Shown: piece by piece, positions 49,912 through 59,712 of the stretch | Position numbering within the stretch: the first letter of the stretch is position 1 | Layout of the letters: each line of letters begins with the position of its first letter | Source of the DNA: an uncultured Verrucomicrobiae bacterium | GTDB taxonomy: Bacteria > Verrucomicrobiota > Verrucomicrobiia > Limisphaerales > UBA11358 | Assembly: GCA_963820205.1 (NCBI GenBank) | Contig: CAWFZJ010000024.1 | Location: 14-64,013 of the forward strand | Direction of reading: 5' to 3' | DNA length: 64,000 nt | Translations under genes and position numbers: made by a program | Notes under the pieces: model-generated | Database searches by the model: none | What the model saw: only the letters and a program-made list of their open reading frames with translations | What the model was told of the DNA's origin: nothing

Positions 49912-50451
49912 ATGCAAAGCGATCGCCACATCGTTAACATCGCGCTCATCGGTTTCATGGGCGCGGGCAAGACGTCCGTGGGCCGGCACGTTGCCGAGCA
50001 GTTGCATTTCGATTATCTCGACACCGACGAACTCATCCAATCGCGCACGGGCCGGACCATCACGGAAATTTTTTCGACCGATGGCGAGCCGGCCTTTCGC
50101 AAAATGGAATCGGACCTCGTGGCCGAACTCGCCGCCGGAACCAGAACCGTCATTGCCACCGGCGGCGGTTTGCCGGTGAATCCGCAAAATCTCATCAACC
50201 TGAAAAAATACGCGCTGGTCGTCTGCCTGTGGGCGTCGCCGGAAAAAATCTGGGAACGCGTGAAGAACCAGACGCACCGCCCCCTGCTCCACGATCCCGA
50301 TCCGCAGAAAAAAATCCGCGACCTGCTCGCCGCGCGCGAACCGTTCTACAAACAGGCGGATGTGCTGCTGAACACCGAGCTGCGATCCGTCCGCGAAGTG
50401 GCCCAGCAGGTGGTCCATCAATTCCGGCTCGAAGCCTCCGGCCGGCGATGA
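49912..50451 (+). CDS. aroK: shikimate kinase
   Basis: NIALIGFMGAGKTSVGRHVA..FDYLDTDELIQ..G.TI.EIF...GE.AFR..E. ATG 49912 is preferred; GTG 49906 is also in frame. Confidence 0.9.
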   Translation: MQSDRHIVNIALIGFMGAGKTSVGRHVAEQLHFDYLDTDELIQSRTGRTITEIFSTDGEPAFRKMESDLVAELAAGTRTVIATGGGLPVNPQNLINLKKYALVVCLWASPEKIWERVKNQTHRPLLHDPDPQKKIRDLLAAREPFYKQADVLLNTELRSVREVAQQVVHQFRLEASGRR

Positions 50452-50574
50452 ATGAGGTCGTGGCACGTCTTGGGTTGGTGGTGGGGCGAGCGTCCTCGCG
50501 AGCCGGTTTTACGTGCCAACGCTGCGCGACGGCGGCTCGTCATAGCCTCACCCCACCGAAACTATAGCCGACCC

Positions 50575-51612
50575 ATGAAAGAAAAGATCCGACAGCGGGC
50601 GCTGGAATTGGGATTTGACGATTGCCGGTTCACGACCGCCGCCCCGCCCGCAAGCGCGGGCCAGTTCCAAAACTGGCTGGAGGAAAAGTATCATGGCGAG
50701 ATGGCCTGGCTTGAACGAACCGCCGCGAAGCGCGTTGATCCACACCGCGTGCTGCCGGAAACCAGAAGCGTAATTTGTCTGGCTGCCAGCTACGCGGGCG
50801 AGGTCGAGGGCCATCCACCGCATGCCACGCATCACGTTTCACGTTTCACGTTTCACGGCCTCATCTCCCGCTACGCCCAATTCACCGATTACCACGACGT
50901 GCTCGGCGAACGATTGAAGCAGTTGACCCAGTTCGTGAATCAACTGGGCGGTGCGGAAACGAAATCGCTGTGGTACGTGGACACCGGGCCGCTGCTGGAA
51001 CGCGATTTTGCCCAGCGCGCCGGACTCGGCTTTGTCGGCAAGCATACCAACGTCATCAGCCGGCGATTCGGCAACTGGATTCTGCTGGCGGAGATTGTCA
51101 CGTCGCTCGAACTGGAACCGGACGCGCCGGAGAAAAATCACTGCGGCAACTGCACTCGCTGCATCACCGCCTGTCCCACGCGCGCCATCACCGCGCCGTT
51201 CCAGCTCGATGCCCGGCTTTGCATTTCTTACCTCACCATTGAATTGAAAGGTTCCATCCCGATTGAACTGCGTCCGGCCATCGGCAACCGCATCTTCGGT
51301 TGTGACGATTGCCTGGCGGCGTGTCCGTGGAACCGGTTTGCGCGCGAAGGCCGGTTGATGAAAGAACACGCGCGACCCAACCTGGCCGCACCGGACCTGA
51401 TTGAACTGCTGCAACTGGACGAGGTTGGTTTCAAATCACGTTTCGCCGGCACACCGGTTTTGCGGACGAAACGTCGCGGCCTGCTGCGCAACGTCTGCGT
51501 GGCATTGGGCAACACTGGTGACGCCTCCGCCCTGCCCGCTTTGAACCAGGCCGCCAAAGATTCCGAGCCATTGATAGCCGAACACGCCCGCTGGGCGATA
51601 ACGCAGATTTAA
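50575..51612 (+). CDS. queG: epoxyqueuosine reductase
   Basis: From ATG 50575: MKEKIRQRALELGFDDCRFT, ISRYAQFTDYHDV, CGNCTRCITACPT and GCDDCLAACPWN (4Fe-4S motifs). The C-terminus has HEAT-like repeats. It contains a 7-mer microsatellite at 50833-57. Confidence 0.9.
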   Translation: MKEKIRQRALELGFDDCRFTTAAPPASAGQFQNWLEEKYHGEMAWLERTAAKRVDPHRVLPETRSVICLAASYAGEVEGHPPHATHHVSRFTFHGLISRYAQFTDYHDVLGERLKQLTQFVNQLGGAETKSLWYVDTGPLLERDFAQRAGLGFVGKHTNVISRRFGNWILLAEIVTSLELEPDAPEKNHCGNCTRCITACPTRAITAPFQLDARLCISYLTIELKGSIPIELRPAIGNRIFGCDDCLAACPWNRFAREGRLMKEHARPNLAAPDLIELLQLDEVGFKSRFAGTPVLRTKRRGLLRNVCVALGNTGDASALPALNQAAKDSEPLIAEHARWAITQI

Positions 51613-51716
51613 AGCCGAAACAATAAATAGCCGGCACTCACATAGCCGTATCGTTAACAGAGGAGGAAATAGACGTGACAACTTAGCATTTGGTAATTAC
51701 CGTCATTAACATCATT

Positions 51717-52238
51717 ATGGCAGCGATTCTTCCACAAGCGCGGTTAAAACGCATAGCGGAGGCTTCGTGTGAATGCGTTAAGATTTGGAAAGAGGGCGTT
51801 TCTCTGGAGAAAGATTCAGGTAAAAGAATTCAAATTCTTCTTTGCGCAACGGCAGCCGATCGGTGGAAACTTGGTTATGTTTTTCGCGCTCAAGCAAACA
51901 CGTTTTTTGCTACTCAGCAGTTCCGGAGCGCAATCAGTCGATATTATTACAGTATGTATCACACAATGAGAGCGTGCGTTTTTATTCATCACGAAGGAGA
52001 TGATCATGAGAAACACAGCGAATTGCCCCTGCATATTCCGCCGACTCTCGATCCTGCCGGAACCGATTGGCAAACCAAATTAAAAGACGCTCGTTTGCTG
52101 CGAAACCGAGTCGATTACGAGGCGTATCCGAAGTCTGAAAATGCTTGGAGAAGAAATGCTATTACCATTAGAGCCGACGCAAACCAGCTTGTAATTGTGT
52201 CTCGGTCTTATTTGAAATTGAAAGGCTGCTTGTTATGA
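51717..52238 (+). CDS. HEPN-domain protein (UPF0332/COG1895-like)
   Basis: AISRYYYSMYHTMRACVFI..G...EKHSEL ... ARLLRNRVDYEAYP matches the SRAYYAMFHAA.ALL..G...KH.G ... R...DY pattern of UPF0332-type HEPN proteins. An alternative TTG start lies at 51690. The stop overlaps the next ATG in an ATGA (52235-38). The sequence is AT-rich. Confidence 0.6.
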   Translation: MAAILPQARLKRIAEASCECVKIWKEGVSLEKDSGKRIQILLCATAADRWKLGYVFRAQANTFFATQQFRSAISRYYYSMYHTMRACVFIHHEGDDHEKHSELPLHIPPTLDPAGTDWQTKLKDARLLRNRVDYEAYPKSENAWRRNAITIRADANQLVIVSRSYLKLKGCLL

Positions 52239-53887
52239 ATCAATTAGACCTCTCCCTCACCCCCGACGCCTTAATCAGGAGTCGTTTCGCCGAAGCTGGC
52301 ATTCAAATCAGCGCACTCGACCGGCGGGACTACCCTGAAGAGACGATATTCGTGGTTCGCGTTGCTGAAGCCGATTATGCAAATGCAGTCAAAATTGGCA
52401 ACTCCATTGATCATGAAATCGGGAAATTGAATTTCAAAGGTTTTGTCACCGTCCGCAAAATTGAATCCTCTAGCGCAAGCGTTACTTGGTTGAAAGACGG
52501 AGTTGCAAATTCTAAAGCGAATGAATTGGTAAGTTTATTGACGGCTCGATCCAGAACATCGGAAATTCAACCAAGCCTTCGATACATTCCTGATACGGCA
52601 CGGAACATCGCGACAGTTGTTGCGCCGCGGCATCAATTAATCTTTGGACGCAGAGGTGCCGGGAAAACCGCATTAATGGTAGAGGCGAAGCGTCGGATTA
52701 TGGAACAACGCAATGTTTCGGTCTGGATGAATCTGCAAACTTTGAGATTAGAGTCGGTGCAACGTGCCTTTGTAATAATCTGTCAGCAGGTGTGCCAGGC
52801 AATGCAGGGGCTGTTTATAGAGACAAGTCGAACTCCCCAAGTGTTGTCTACTATCGTTGAACTTGGGGAATATCTCGATAAATTATTCGCTGAGAAAGAA
52901 GTGACAGATCTTGAGATGGGGCGACTAATTCCACGGATGCAACAAACCATTCGCCGGTTTCTCGAGAGTAGTTCCGTTCGAATGTTTATTTTTATTGATG
53001 ACTTGCATTATTTGCCCCGGTCACAGCAACCAATTCTGTTGGACGCGCTGCACGGAATGGTTCGGGATTGTGACGCTTGGTTGAAAATTGCAGGCATCAA
53101 GCATCTGTCTCGTTGGTTTGAGGCTCATCCGCCTCGAGGATTACAAACGGGCCACGATGCTGACCACATTGACTTGGATATCACTTTGGAAAACCCTTCT
53201 AAAGCAAAGCTTTTTTTGGAGGAAATTCTTGTGAGCTATGCTCATAGTACTGGAATTACATCGCTTGCCAGTATAATTTTGAATCAGGCGCTTGATCGTT
53301 TAGTCCTTGCATCTGGAGCCGTCCCTCGTGATTACTTGGTGCTTAGTGCCGGGGCAATTCGGCAAGCACAGCGCCGTGAGAGGGCTAAACTTGTTGGGGT
53401 CCAAGACGTAAACAAGGCAGCGGGAGAAGCAGCAAAAGTGAAACTGACAGAATTGGAGGACGATGCCTCTTCGTCGGCAGGAAGTCCAAAGATTGTAACT
53501 GCTCTCCAGAGGATTCATAGTTTCTGTATCGACGACAAAAGATCTACATACTTTCGGATTGATTTTAGAGATAAAGAACAAAGACCGACAGAGTACAGCT
53601 TGGTCCAAGACCTCATGGATTTACGCCTCATTCACCTTATTGATCCGAGTTTGTCAGATGAGAAAGAGGCCGGTCGGCGGTCCGAAGTGTACATGTTAGA
53701 TCTCAGCCAGTTTTCAGGACAAAGGCTCAAGAAAAGTCTGAAAGTTCTTGATTTTGTAGCGGGTCATTTAGTCCTAAAAGAAACTGGCACCACCAAACCG
53801 GCGAAAGTTGGCAGCAGTTCAAAACAGCGTTTAGGACTTTTGCGACGCGGTTCCTTATTCAATCTTGATAGATTACGCTTAGGTTGA
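52235..53887 (+). CDS. P-loop NTPase, AAA+/ORC-Cdc6-like, with an unassigned N-terminal domain and a winged-helix-like C-terminus
   Basis: Walker A is GRRGAGKT (52646-69). Walker B is FIFIDD (52985-53002). A lid-like segment GAVPRDYLVLSAGAIRQAQ resembles the GDAR.A..LL segment of Cdc6/Orc1. I recognised no nuclease or other effector motif. Confidence 0.65.
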   Translation: MNQLDLSLTPDALIRSRFAEAGIQISALDRRDYPEETIFVVRVAEADYANAVKIGNSIDHEIGKLNFKGFVTVRKIESSSASVTWLKDGVANSKANELVSLLTARSRTSEIQPSLRYIPDTARNIATVVAPRHQLIFGRRGAGKTALMVEAKRRIMEQRNVSVWMNLQTLRLESVQRAFVIICQQVCQAMQGLFIETSRTPQVLSTIVELGEYLDKLFAEKEVTDLEMGRLIPRMQQTIRRFLESSSVRMFIFIDDLHYLPRSQQPILLDALHGMVRDCDAWLKIAGIKHLSRWFEAHPPRGLQTGHDADHIDLDITLENPSKAKLFLEEILVSYAHSTGITSLASIILNQALDRLVLASGAVPRDYLVLSAGAIRQAQRRERAKLVGVQDVNKAAGEAAKVKLTELEDDASSSAGSPKIVTALQRIHSFCIDDKRSTYFRIDFRDKEQRPTEYSLVQDLMDLRLIHLIDPSLSDEKEAGRRSEVYMLDLSQFSGQRLKKSLKVLDFVAGHLVLKETGTTKPAKVGSSSKQRLGLLRRGSLFNLDRLRLG

Positions 53888-55041
53888 TCATCAAACCAAA
53901 CATTTTCAGATAGCTTGATGGTTTTTTCAGGGCGCTGGCGTAGCTCCGCTCGCCCATGACTACATCGGCCACAAATTCACTCAGTTCCTGGCCTCGGATA
54001 CGAAAAGCCCAGTTGCGGAGCCGGGGATAATTGTAAAGCACATTGGCCAGCATCCTGCCCGCGCGCAACTCCCGAAGAATTTCCGTCTCCAGCAGGGATT
54101 GATAAAGTTTGCCTGTCCGGGAAACGTCCAGCCGGCAATCGGCCAGCGCCGTTGCCGCCAATTGTCCGCTCCGGACGGCATAAGATATTCCTTCCGCTGT
54201 CACCGGATCCACCAAGCCGGCGGCGTCGCCCACGAGCAATATCCGGCCGCGTGCCAGCGCTTCCCGCCGGGGCGCCAGCGGAATCAGGTGGCCGTGCTTT
54301 TCGATTTTTTGAATCCGGGCAATCCCGAGCCGTTCCATGTAATCCGTCAACTTTGCGCGGAGATCGGTGTTTGCCCGGCGCGTACTCAAAATTCCCACGG
54401 AAAGATGCTCTCGTTTGGGAAAGACCCAGGCATAACCGGCTTCGATGGAGTTAAAGTCGAATCGCGGGATTTTGCCGAAGCGCTCAAAATCTTCTTCGGC
54501 AAGATGGACCTCGTATTCCAAGGCGGGCGCCAACAGCGGGCAGTTCCGACCAGCCAGCCGCTTTGGCTGTCGCACTGTGTACGCCATCGGCCGCAATGAT
54601 GAACTTTGCCCGAAAGTTGCCCCGGTCGGCGGAGATTTCAACGAACTGCTCCCGCACGGTCACGTGTCGCACCGGGCAGGATTCCACAATCTCGGCTCCG
54701 GCAATTCCGGCTTCGCGGGCCAGCAGGCAGTCCAGGTCCGCCCGCATGGTCATGTGGACAATCGGTTCGGAGCGGGTCACGACGAAATTCAAATCCGTTC
54801 CCAGGAAATTCAATTGAGCCGAATTGAACCTGCGTTCCACAACGCGTTCCACGCCCGGCGGCAACAGCTTGAAAGCGCGATGGAGCACGCCGCCGCCGCA
54901 GGTCTTGTAACGCGGGAGAACTTCCTTCTCCAGAAGCACGACGGACAAACCTTTGCGAGCCAGGGTCAGGGCGGCCGAACATCCGGCCGGCCCGGCGCCA
55001 ATCACCGCGACGTCGTAAAGCTTTGGTTGTTCGGCGCTCAT
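53859..55041 (-). pseudogene. geranylgeranyl-reductase-family FAD-dependent oxidoreductase, one frame break as assembled
   Basis: YDVAVIGAGPAGCSAALTLARKG (FAD motif), IAADGVHS, then LLVGDAAGLVDPVTAEGISYA in the next frame. Removing one C (plus-strand ggg, 54538-40) joins ..WSELP to LLAPALEYEV... The last ~20 codons are AT-rich and overlap the ATPase gene by 29 nt. Confidence 0.8.
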
Positions 55042-55113
55042 GCAAGTTTCTCAAAACAACTTTTTCCGGAGGGGCGAATTACACGAGCCCCCATTTTCAG
55101 AGACGATCTCATA

Positions 55114-55240
55114 GAATGACTAGATTTCTAGACCATAATGACGAAAGAAACCTGAAACCCCAAGCTCGAATGCGCGATGGCGTGCCGGCTTTGGACATTT
55201 GGTCATTTGTCGCATTCTTTAGTCATTCGGATTTAGGATT
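55114..55240. repeat. MITE/REP-like palindromic element, aatgac-arm family, copy 2
   Basis: gaatgactagatttctagaccataatgacgaaag ... tttggtcatttgtcgcattctttagtcattcggatttagg. Confidence 0.7.
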
Positions 55241-55367
55241 AGGGTTTTGCTCCGAAAGGTTTTGGCCTCATCGAGTTCGCCAGCTTTCATCAAACAACGC
55301 TCCTGTTATCATCGTGTAAAGGAAGGGCTGGCCAAGTCACCATAATCAGCCATACTGCCACGGATTA

Positions 55368-57537
55368 ATGAAAGACCAAATCGTCCGTTTGTTGGACCAA
55401 AAAGATTATGTCCCGGCCAATGTGCCGGAATTGCTCCGGCTGCTCCGGCTGCCGCCGCATCGCCAGCAACTGTTGCAGGGCGCGCTCCGCGAACTGGAGC
55501 AGTCGGGCCGCATCGCCCGCATCAAGGGCAACCGCTACATCCAGCCGCGCGAGGCGGATTTGATTCCGGGCCGCATCCGGATGAACCGCCAGGGCAAGGG
55601 CTTTCTCCAGCCGGACGATGCCGGCCTCAAGGAAATCGCCATCCCGGAGGGCGCGACCGGCACGGCCTTGCACGAAGACCGCGTGCTGGTGCGGCGCGAC
55701 GTCCGGCCCAAGGGCTTGCGCTCCGGCGCGGTCGAGGCGGACACGGGCACGGTCGTTCGCATCCTGGAACGGCGGCGCACGCAGATGGTCGGCACGTTGC
55801 AACGCGGACGAAAATTTCTCTACGTCATTCCCGATGATCCGCGCATCCCGCACGATATTTATGTGCCGGAACCGCGCGACATGGGCCGGCCCGCGCGCAT
55901 CGGCGACAAGGTGGTGGTCGAATTGCGCGAATGGGAATCGCGCCACACGAATCCGGAAGGCGAGATCGTCGAGGTTCTCGGCGCGCCGGGCGAGGAAGGC
56001 GTGGACATGCTGTCGGTGCTGCGCCAATACGATTTGCCGCTGCATTTCCCCAAGGCAGTGCTGCACGAGGCGCACGCCATCGGCACGACGGTTCACGCGC
56101 GCGACGACGCGGGCCGCGTGGATTGCCGCCGTCACCGGGTCATCACGATTGATCCCGACGACGCGAAGGATTTCGACGACGCCATCTGCCTGGAACGCGT
56201 TTCGCCGGAGCAATGGCGGCTGTGGGTCCACATCGCGGACGTGTCGCATTACGTGAAGCCGGGCACGGCGCTGGACGTCGAGGCGCGCAAACGCGGCAAC
56301 TCGACCTACCTGGTGGACCGCGTCATCCCGATGCTGCCGGAGGCGTTGAGCAACGAACTGTGCTCGCTCAAGCCGGACGTGGACCGCCTGACCAAGTGCG
56401 TTGAATTTCTCATTTCCAACGACGGGCGGGTGTTGAACGCGAAGTTTTATCCCGCCGTGATTCATTCGCAGCGGCGTTTCACCTACGGCGAGGTGCTGGA
56501 GATTTTGGAGCGCAAGCCCGCGTCCGACCCGATTGAGCAGATGCTGCATCAGGCGCATGAACTCGCCCAGCGCATCCGGCGATTGCGGTTCAAGGCCGGC
56601 TCGCTCGACCTCGATTTTCCCGAAACCAAAATCCGGCTGGACGAACGCGGGAACATTTTGCGCATCGAGAAGACCGTGAACGACGTGTCGCACCAGTTGA
56701 TCGAGGAATGCATGCTGCTGGCGAACGAGGCGGTGGCGGGGCGGTTGATGAGCCAGCACACGCCGGCGGTTTATCGCGTCCACGAAGAGCCGGACGACCG
56801 GCGTTTGCAGGAATATCGCCAGGAGGTGTTGAGCCAGAACGTGCCGTGCGGCAATCTCAGCCAGCCCACCGAGGTGCAGAAATTGTTGTCACCGGCTCGG
56901 CACGCTGCCCATCGGCCCCGCGCTCAAGATCGGCTTTCTCAAATCGCTCATGCGCGCGCGCTACGCCGTCGAGCCGCTCGGACATTACGGCCTGGCCAAG
57001 AAAAAATACACGCACTTCACCTCCCCCATCCGCCGCTACGCCGACCTCGTGGTGCATCGCGCTTTGTTTGACAAAAACTCTCCCGGGACCTCCGCGCTCA
57101 AGGAAACCGCCGAGCACATTTCCGTGACCGAACGCAATTCCGCCGACGCCGAGCGCGACAGCAAGGACGTGAAACTGTTTGCCTTCCTGAAGGCGCAACT
57201 TGCCTCCGGCCATCCGGAACATTATCCGGCGCTGGTGACCGACGTGCGCAACTTCGGCTTCTTCGTGGATGTTTCCGGGCTGGCGATGAGCGGACTGGTG
57301 CCGTTGTCCACGATCGAGGATGACTTCTACGTGTTCGACGCCGCGCGCAACAATCTCGTGGGCCGCCGCACCCGCCGCATCATCCGTCTCGGCGACCAGT
57401 TGACCGTGCAAGTGGCCAAGGTGGACAGCTTCAAAAAGCAGGTGGATTTCCGTCTCGTGGAAGACCGCAAGCCGGTTGCGCGGCCTGCGCGCGGAGCGCA
57501 GTCGCGTCCATCGCGAAGACCATCGGCGCGGGAGTAG
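55368..57537 (+). pseudogene. rnr: ribonuclease R, one frame break as assembled
   Basis: The N-terminal wHTH is followed by the RNB core (ITIDPDDAKDFDDA, HIADVSHYV, STYLVDRVIPMLP). After ~56895 it continues LGTLPIGPALKIGFLKSLMRARY..GHYGLAKKKYTHFTSPIRRYADLVVHR and ends in an S1 domain. Removing one G of gg 56894-95 restores the frame. Confidence 0.9.
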
Positions 57538-57668
57538 GGGCTGAAAAGGTGGCGAGTGACAGGAGGTACGTCCGCCCTCCCCATGAACAGCATGCGCAAG
57601 TCGTTGAAAATCAACAGGGGCGCATTTTGTCGGTTCAAGGGTGCAATGCGCGTATTTGTTCGGGGAAT

Positions 57669-57841
57669 TCTCACCCCGGCCCTCTCCTCCAAGGAGAGAG
57701 AGAATCGTCCTCTGTTCTTTTAAAAATTCGCGCGACGGAATTTACCGAACAGTCATCCGCAAAACCAGAAACATGCAATTGCTATTCCTTCTCCTGGGGG
57801 AGAAGGTCAAGTTGAGGGCGGGCGTAACCTGCAAATTTCAT
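57669..57841. repeat. ~172-bp dispersed repeat, copy 1
   Basis: It aligns along its length with 60958-61128 in the same orientation (ctca.cccggcc.tctcc.caaggaga..gagaatcg ... aaaattcgcgc ... aaaccagaa ... tcctgggggaga.g ... gtgagggcg.gcgtaa). Confidence 0.8.
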
Positions 57842-57856
57842 CCGTGCCACACCAGA

Positions 57857-57918
57857 GTTGGAGTTCACGCTTCAGCGTGTCCCCCGCCGCCCCAACGAGC
57901 TAAAGCTTGAACTCCAAC
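57857..57918. repeat. 62-bp REP palindrome, intact copy
   Basis: The arm gttggagttca (57857-67) pairs with tgaactccaac (57908-18), around a central agcTAaagc. The same element is split by the IS630 copy at 59670-59715 / 60722-60739. Confidence 0.85.
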
Positions 57919-57951
57919 TCGGATTTGCCCTTGCAGCCCGATGGAGACCTG

Positions 57952-59565
57952 ATGAAACTGCGCTTGATGAAACTACGAATATATCTGGTCGGGCTGCTCA
58001 CCCTGTCACTGGCATCCACCGCTTTTGCCGATGGGACAAACCAGTTTCGCGGCGTGTATCTTGAACCCGGCAAGACCGCCGCCGACTACCGCAACGTGGC
58101 CTTGAATCCGCTGGACACCACCAATCGCGAACCAGTTTCTTTTCCCCATGCCACCAGCAACAGCGAGTACAACCAGCGCGAGTTCGCCGCCCGCTGCGCC
58201 ATTGACGGCAACCGCCGCAACGACGACGTGCATGGCTGCGGCTCCTGGGGGCCGCAAAAGGAACCGGACATCTGGTGGCGGCTCGATTTCGGACGGCCGG
58301 TGGAAATTGACAAGCTGGTGTTGTTTCTCCGCGCCGCCTGGACGCCGGCGGACGCGCCGCATGATTCCTGGTGGCAGGAAGCCACCATCGAGTTCTCCGA
58401 CGGCTCCACGGAAAAACTCGCGTTGAAGCAGGTCGCCACCGGCCAGGAATTTCCGCTGGCCAAACGGACGGTTTCGTGGCTGGTGCTCAAAAATCTCAAG
58501 CCCGCCGCCGACCGCTGGTGCGCTCTGTGCGAATTCGAGGCCTGGGGCCGGGATGCCGTTGAATTTGCCTACGTGCCCGATGCCGCCTTTGCCGCGCAGC
58601 TTCGCCAGGATCCGCTGGTGGCCAAGGCAATGGCTGCCATGATGGGATTTCAACGCGCCTCGTGGGAGCAAGGCGTCGCCGGGCAGGCTTTGCTCGAAGC
58701 CGGTGAACGCGATGCCGCCATCGCGCTGGCCCGCGCCTCGCTAATTTATGTGAATCAAAATGGCGTGGTCGCGGCGCTAAACGGTTCCACCACCGACCCG
58801 CTCATGCTGGGAGATTGTCTCTGGTGGTCAGCCCGCCAGACCCGCAACGCCGAACTTGTGAAGGCCGCGGACAACATGCTGCAATTCGCCCTCCAAGGCG
58901 CGTTTCACGCCACGGACGGCACGCCGTATCATCAGGCCAGCTCGCAGGAAATGTGGGCCGACGGCAGCTTCACCACCCCGCCCTTTCTCGCGGCGGCGGG
59001 ACATCTCGATGAAGCGATTGCTCAATTGCTCGGCGTGCATCGCCGGCTCTGGGACGCGGACAAAAAGCTGATGCATCACCGTTGGTCTGAAAAGAAACAG
59101 GCCCTGGTTGGGCCGGCTTACTGGGGTGGCGGCAACGGCTGGACGGCCGCCGCGTTTGCGCGGGTCATTCGCTCATTGCCCGCTGACCGCACGGCTGACC
59201 GCGAACAACTGGCCGCCATGCTCAAGGAATTACTCGATGGCTGCCTGGCGCACCAGCGGCCCGACGGATTGTTTTACAACGACGTGGACAATCCGTCCTC
59301 GTTCGTTGAAACCAACCTGGCGGCCATGCTGGCGTATGCCATTTATGAAAGCGTACGCGGCGGGTGGCTGCCGGAAAGTTATCTGGCCCGCGCCGACCAG
59401 ATGCGCGCGGCGGTGCGCGCCAAGGTGGATCAATTCGGATTCGTTCAGGGAGTGGCGGGCGCGCCGCGCTTCGACCGTCCGGGCGTCTCGGCGGAAGGCC
59501 AGGCATTTTTCATTTTGATGGAAGCCGCCGCGCGCAAAGCCGGCCGGCCCACGCCCGCCCATTGA
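57952..59565 (+). CDS. secreted glycoside hydrolase family 88/105-like (unsaturated glucuronyl/rhamnogalacturonyl hydrolase) with an N-terminal discoidin-like domain
   Basis: It has a signal peptide (MKLRLMKLRIYLVGLLTLSLASTAFA). A F5/8-type-C-like segment (AIDGNRRND..WWRLDFGRPVEIDKLVLF) comes next. The C-terminal alpha/alpha barrel carries YWGGGNGWTAAAFARV, typical of GH88/GH105. Confidence 0.7.
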   Translation: MKLRLMKLRIYLVGLLTLSLASTAFADGTNQFRGVYLEPGKTAADYRNVALNPLDTTNREPVSFPHATSNSEYNQREFAARCAIDGNRRNDDVHGCGSWGPQKEPDIWWRLDFGRPVEIDKLVLFLRAAWTPADAPHDSWWQEATIEFSDGSTEKLALKQVATGQEFPLAKRTVSWLVLKNLKPAADRWCALCEFEAWGRDAVEFAYVPDAAFAAQLRQDPLVAKAMAAMMGFQRASWEQGVAGQALLEAGERDAAIALARASLIYVNQNGVVAALNGSTTDPLMLGDCLWWSARQTRNAELVKAADNMLQFALQGAFHATDGTPYHQASSQEMWADGSFTTPPFLAAAGHLDEAIAQLLGVHRRLWDADKKLMHHRWSEKKQALVGPAYWGGGNGWTAAAFARVIRSLPADRTADREQLAAMLKELLDGCLAHQRPDGLFYNDVDNPSSFVETNLAAMLAYAIYESVRGGWLPESYLARADQMRAAVRAKVDQFGFVQGVAGAPRFDRPGVSAEGQAFFILMEAAARKAGRPTPAH

Positions 59566-59712
59566 CTTGTCGCCTTCCACCGTAGCAGCCGACGTGAGCC
59601 GGCTCTAACTTTCGCCGGATGAGAATGAGCGGACTCATATTGCCTTGCGAACATCGCCATGCGCTCAGAGTTGGAGTTCACGCTTCAGCGTGTCCCACGC
59701 CGCATCAACAAG

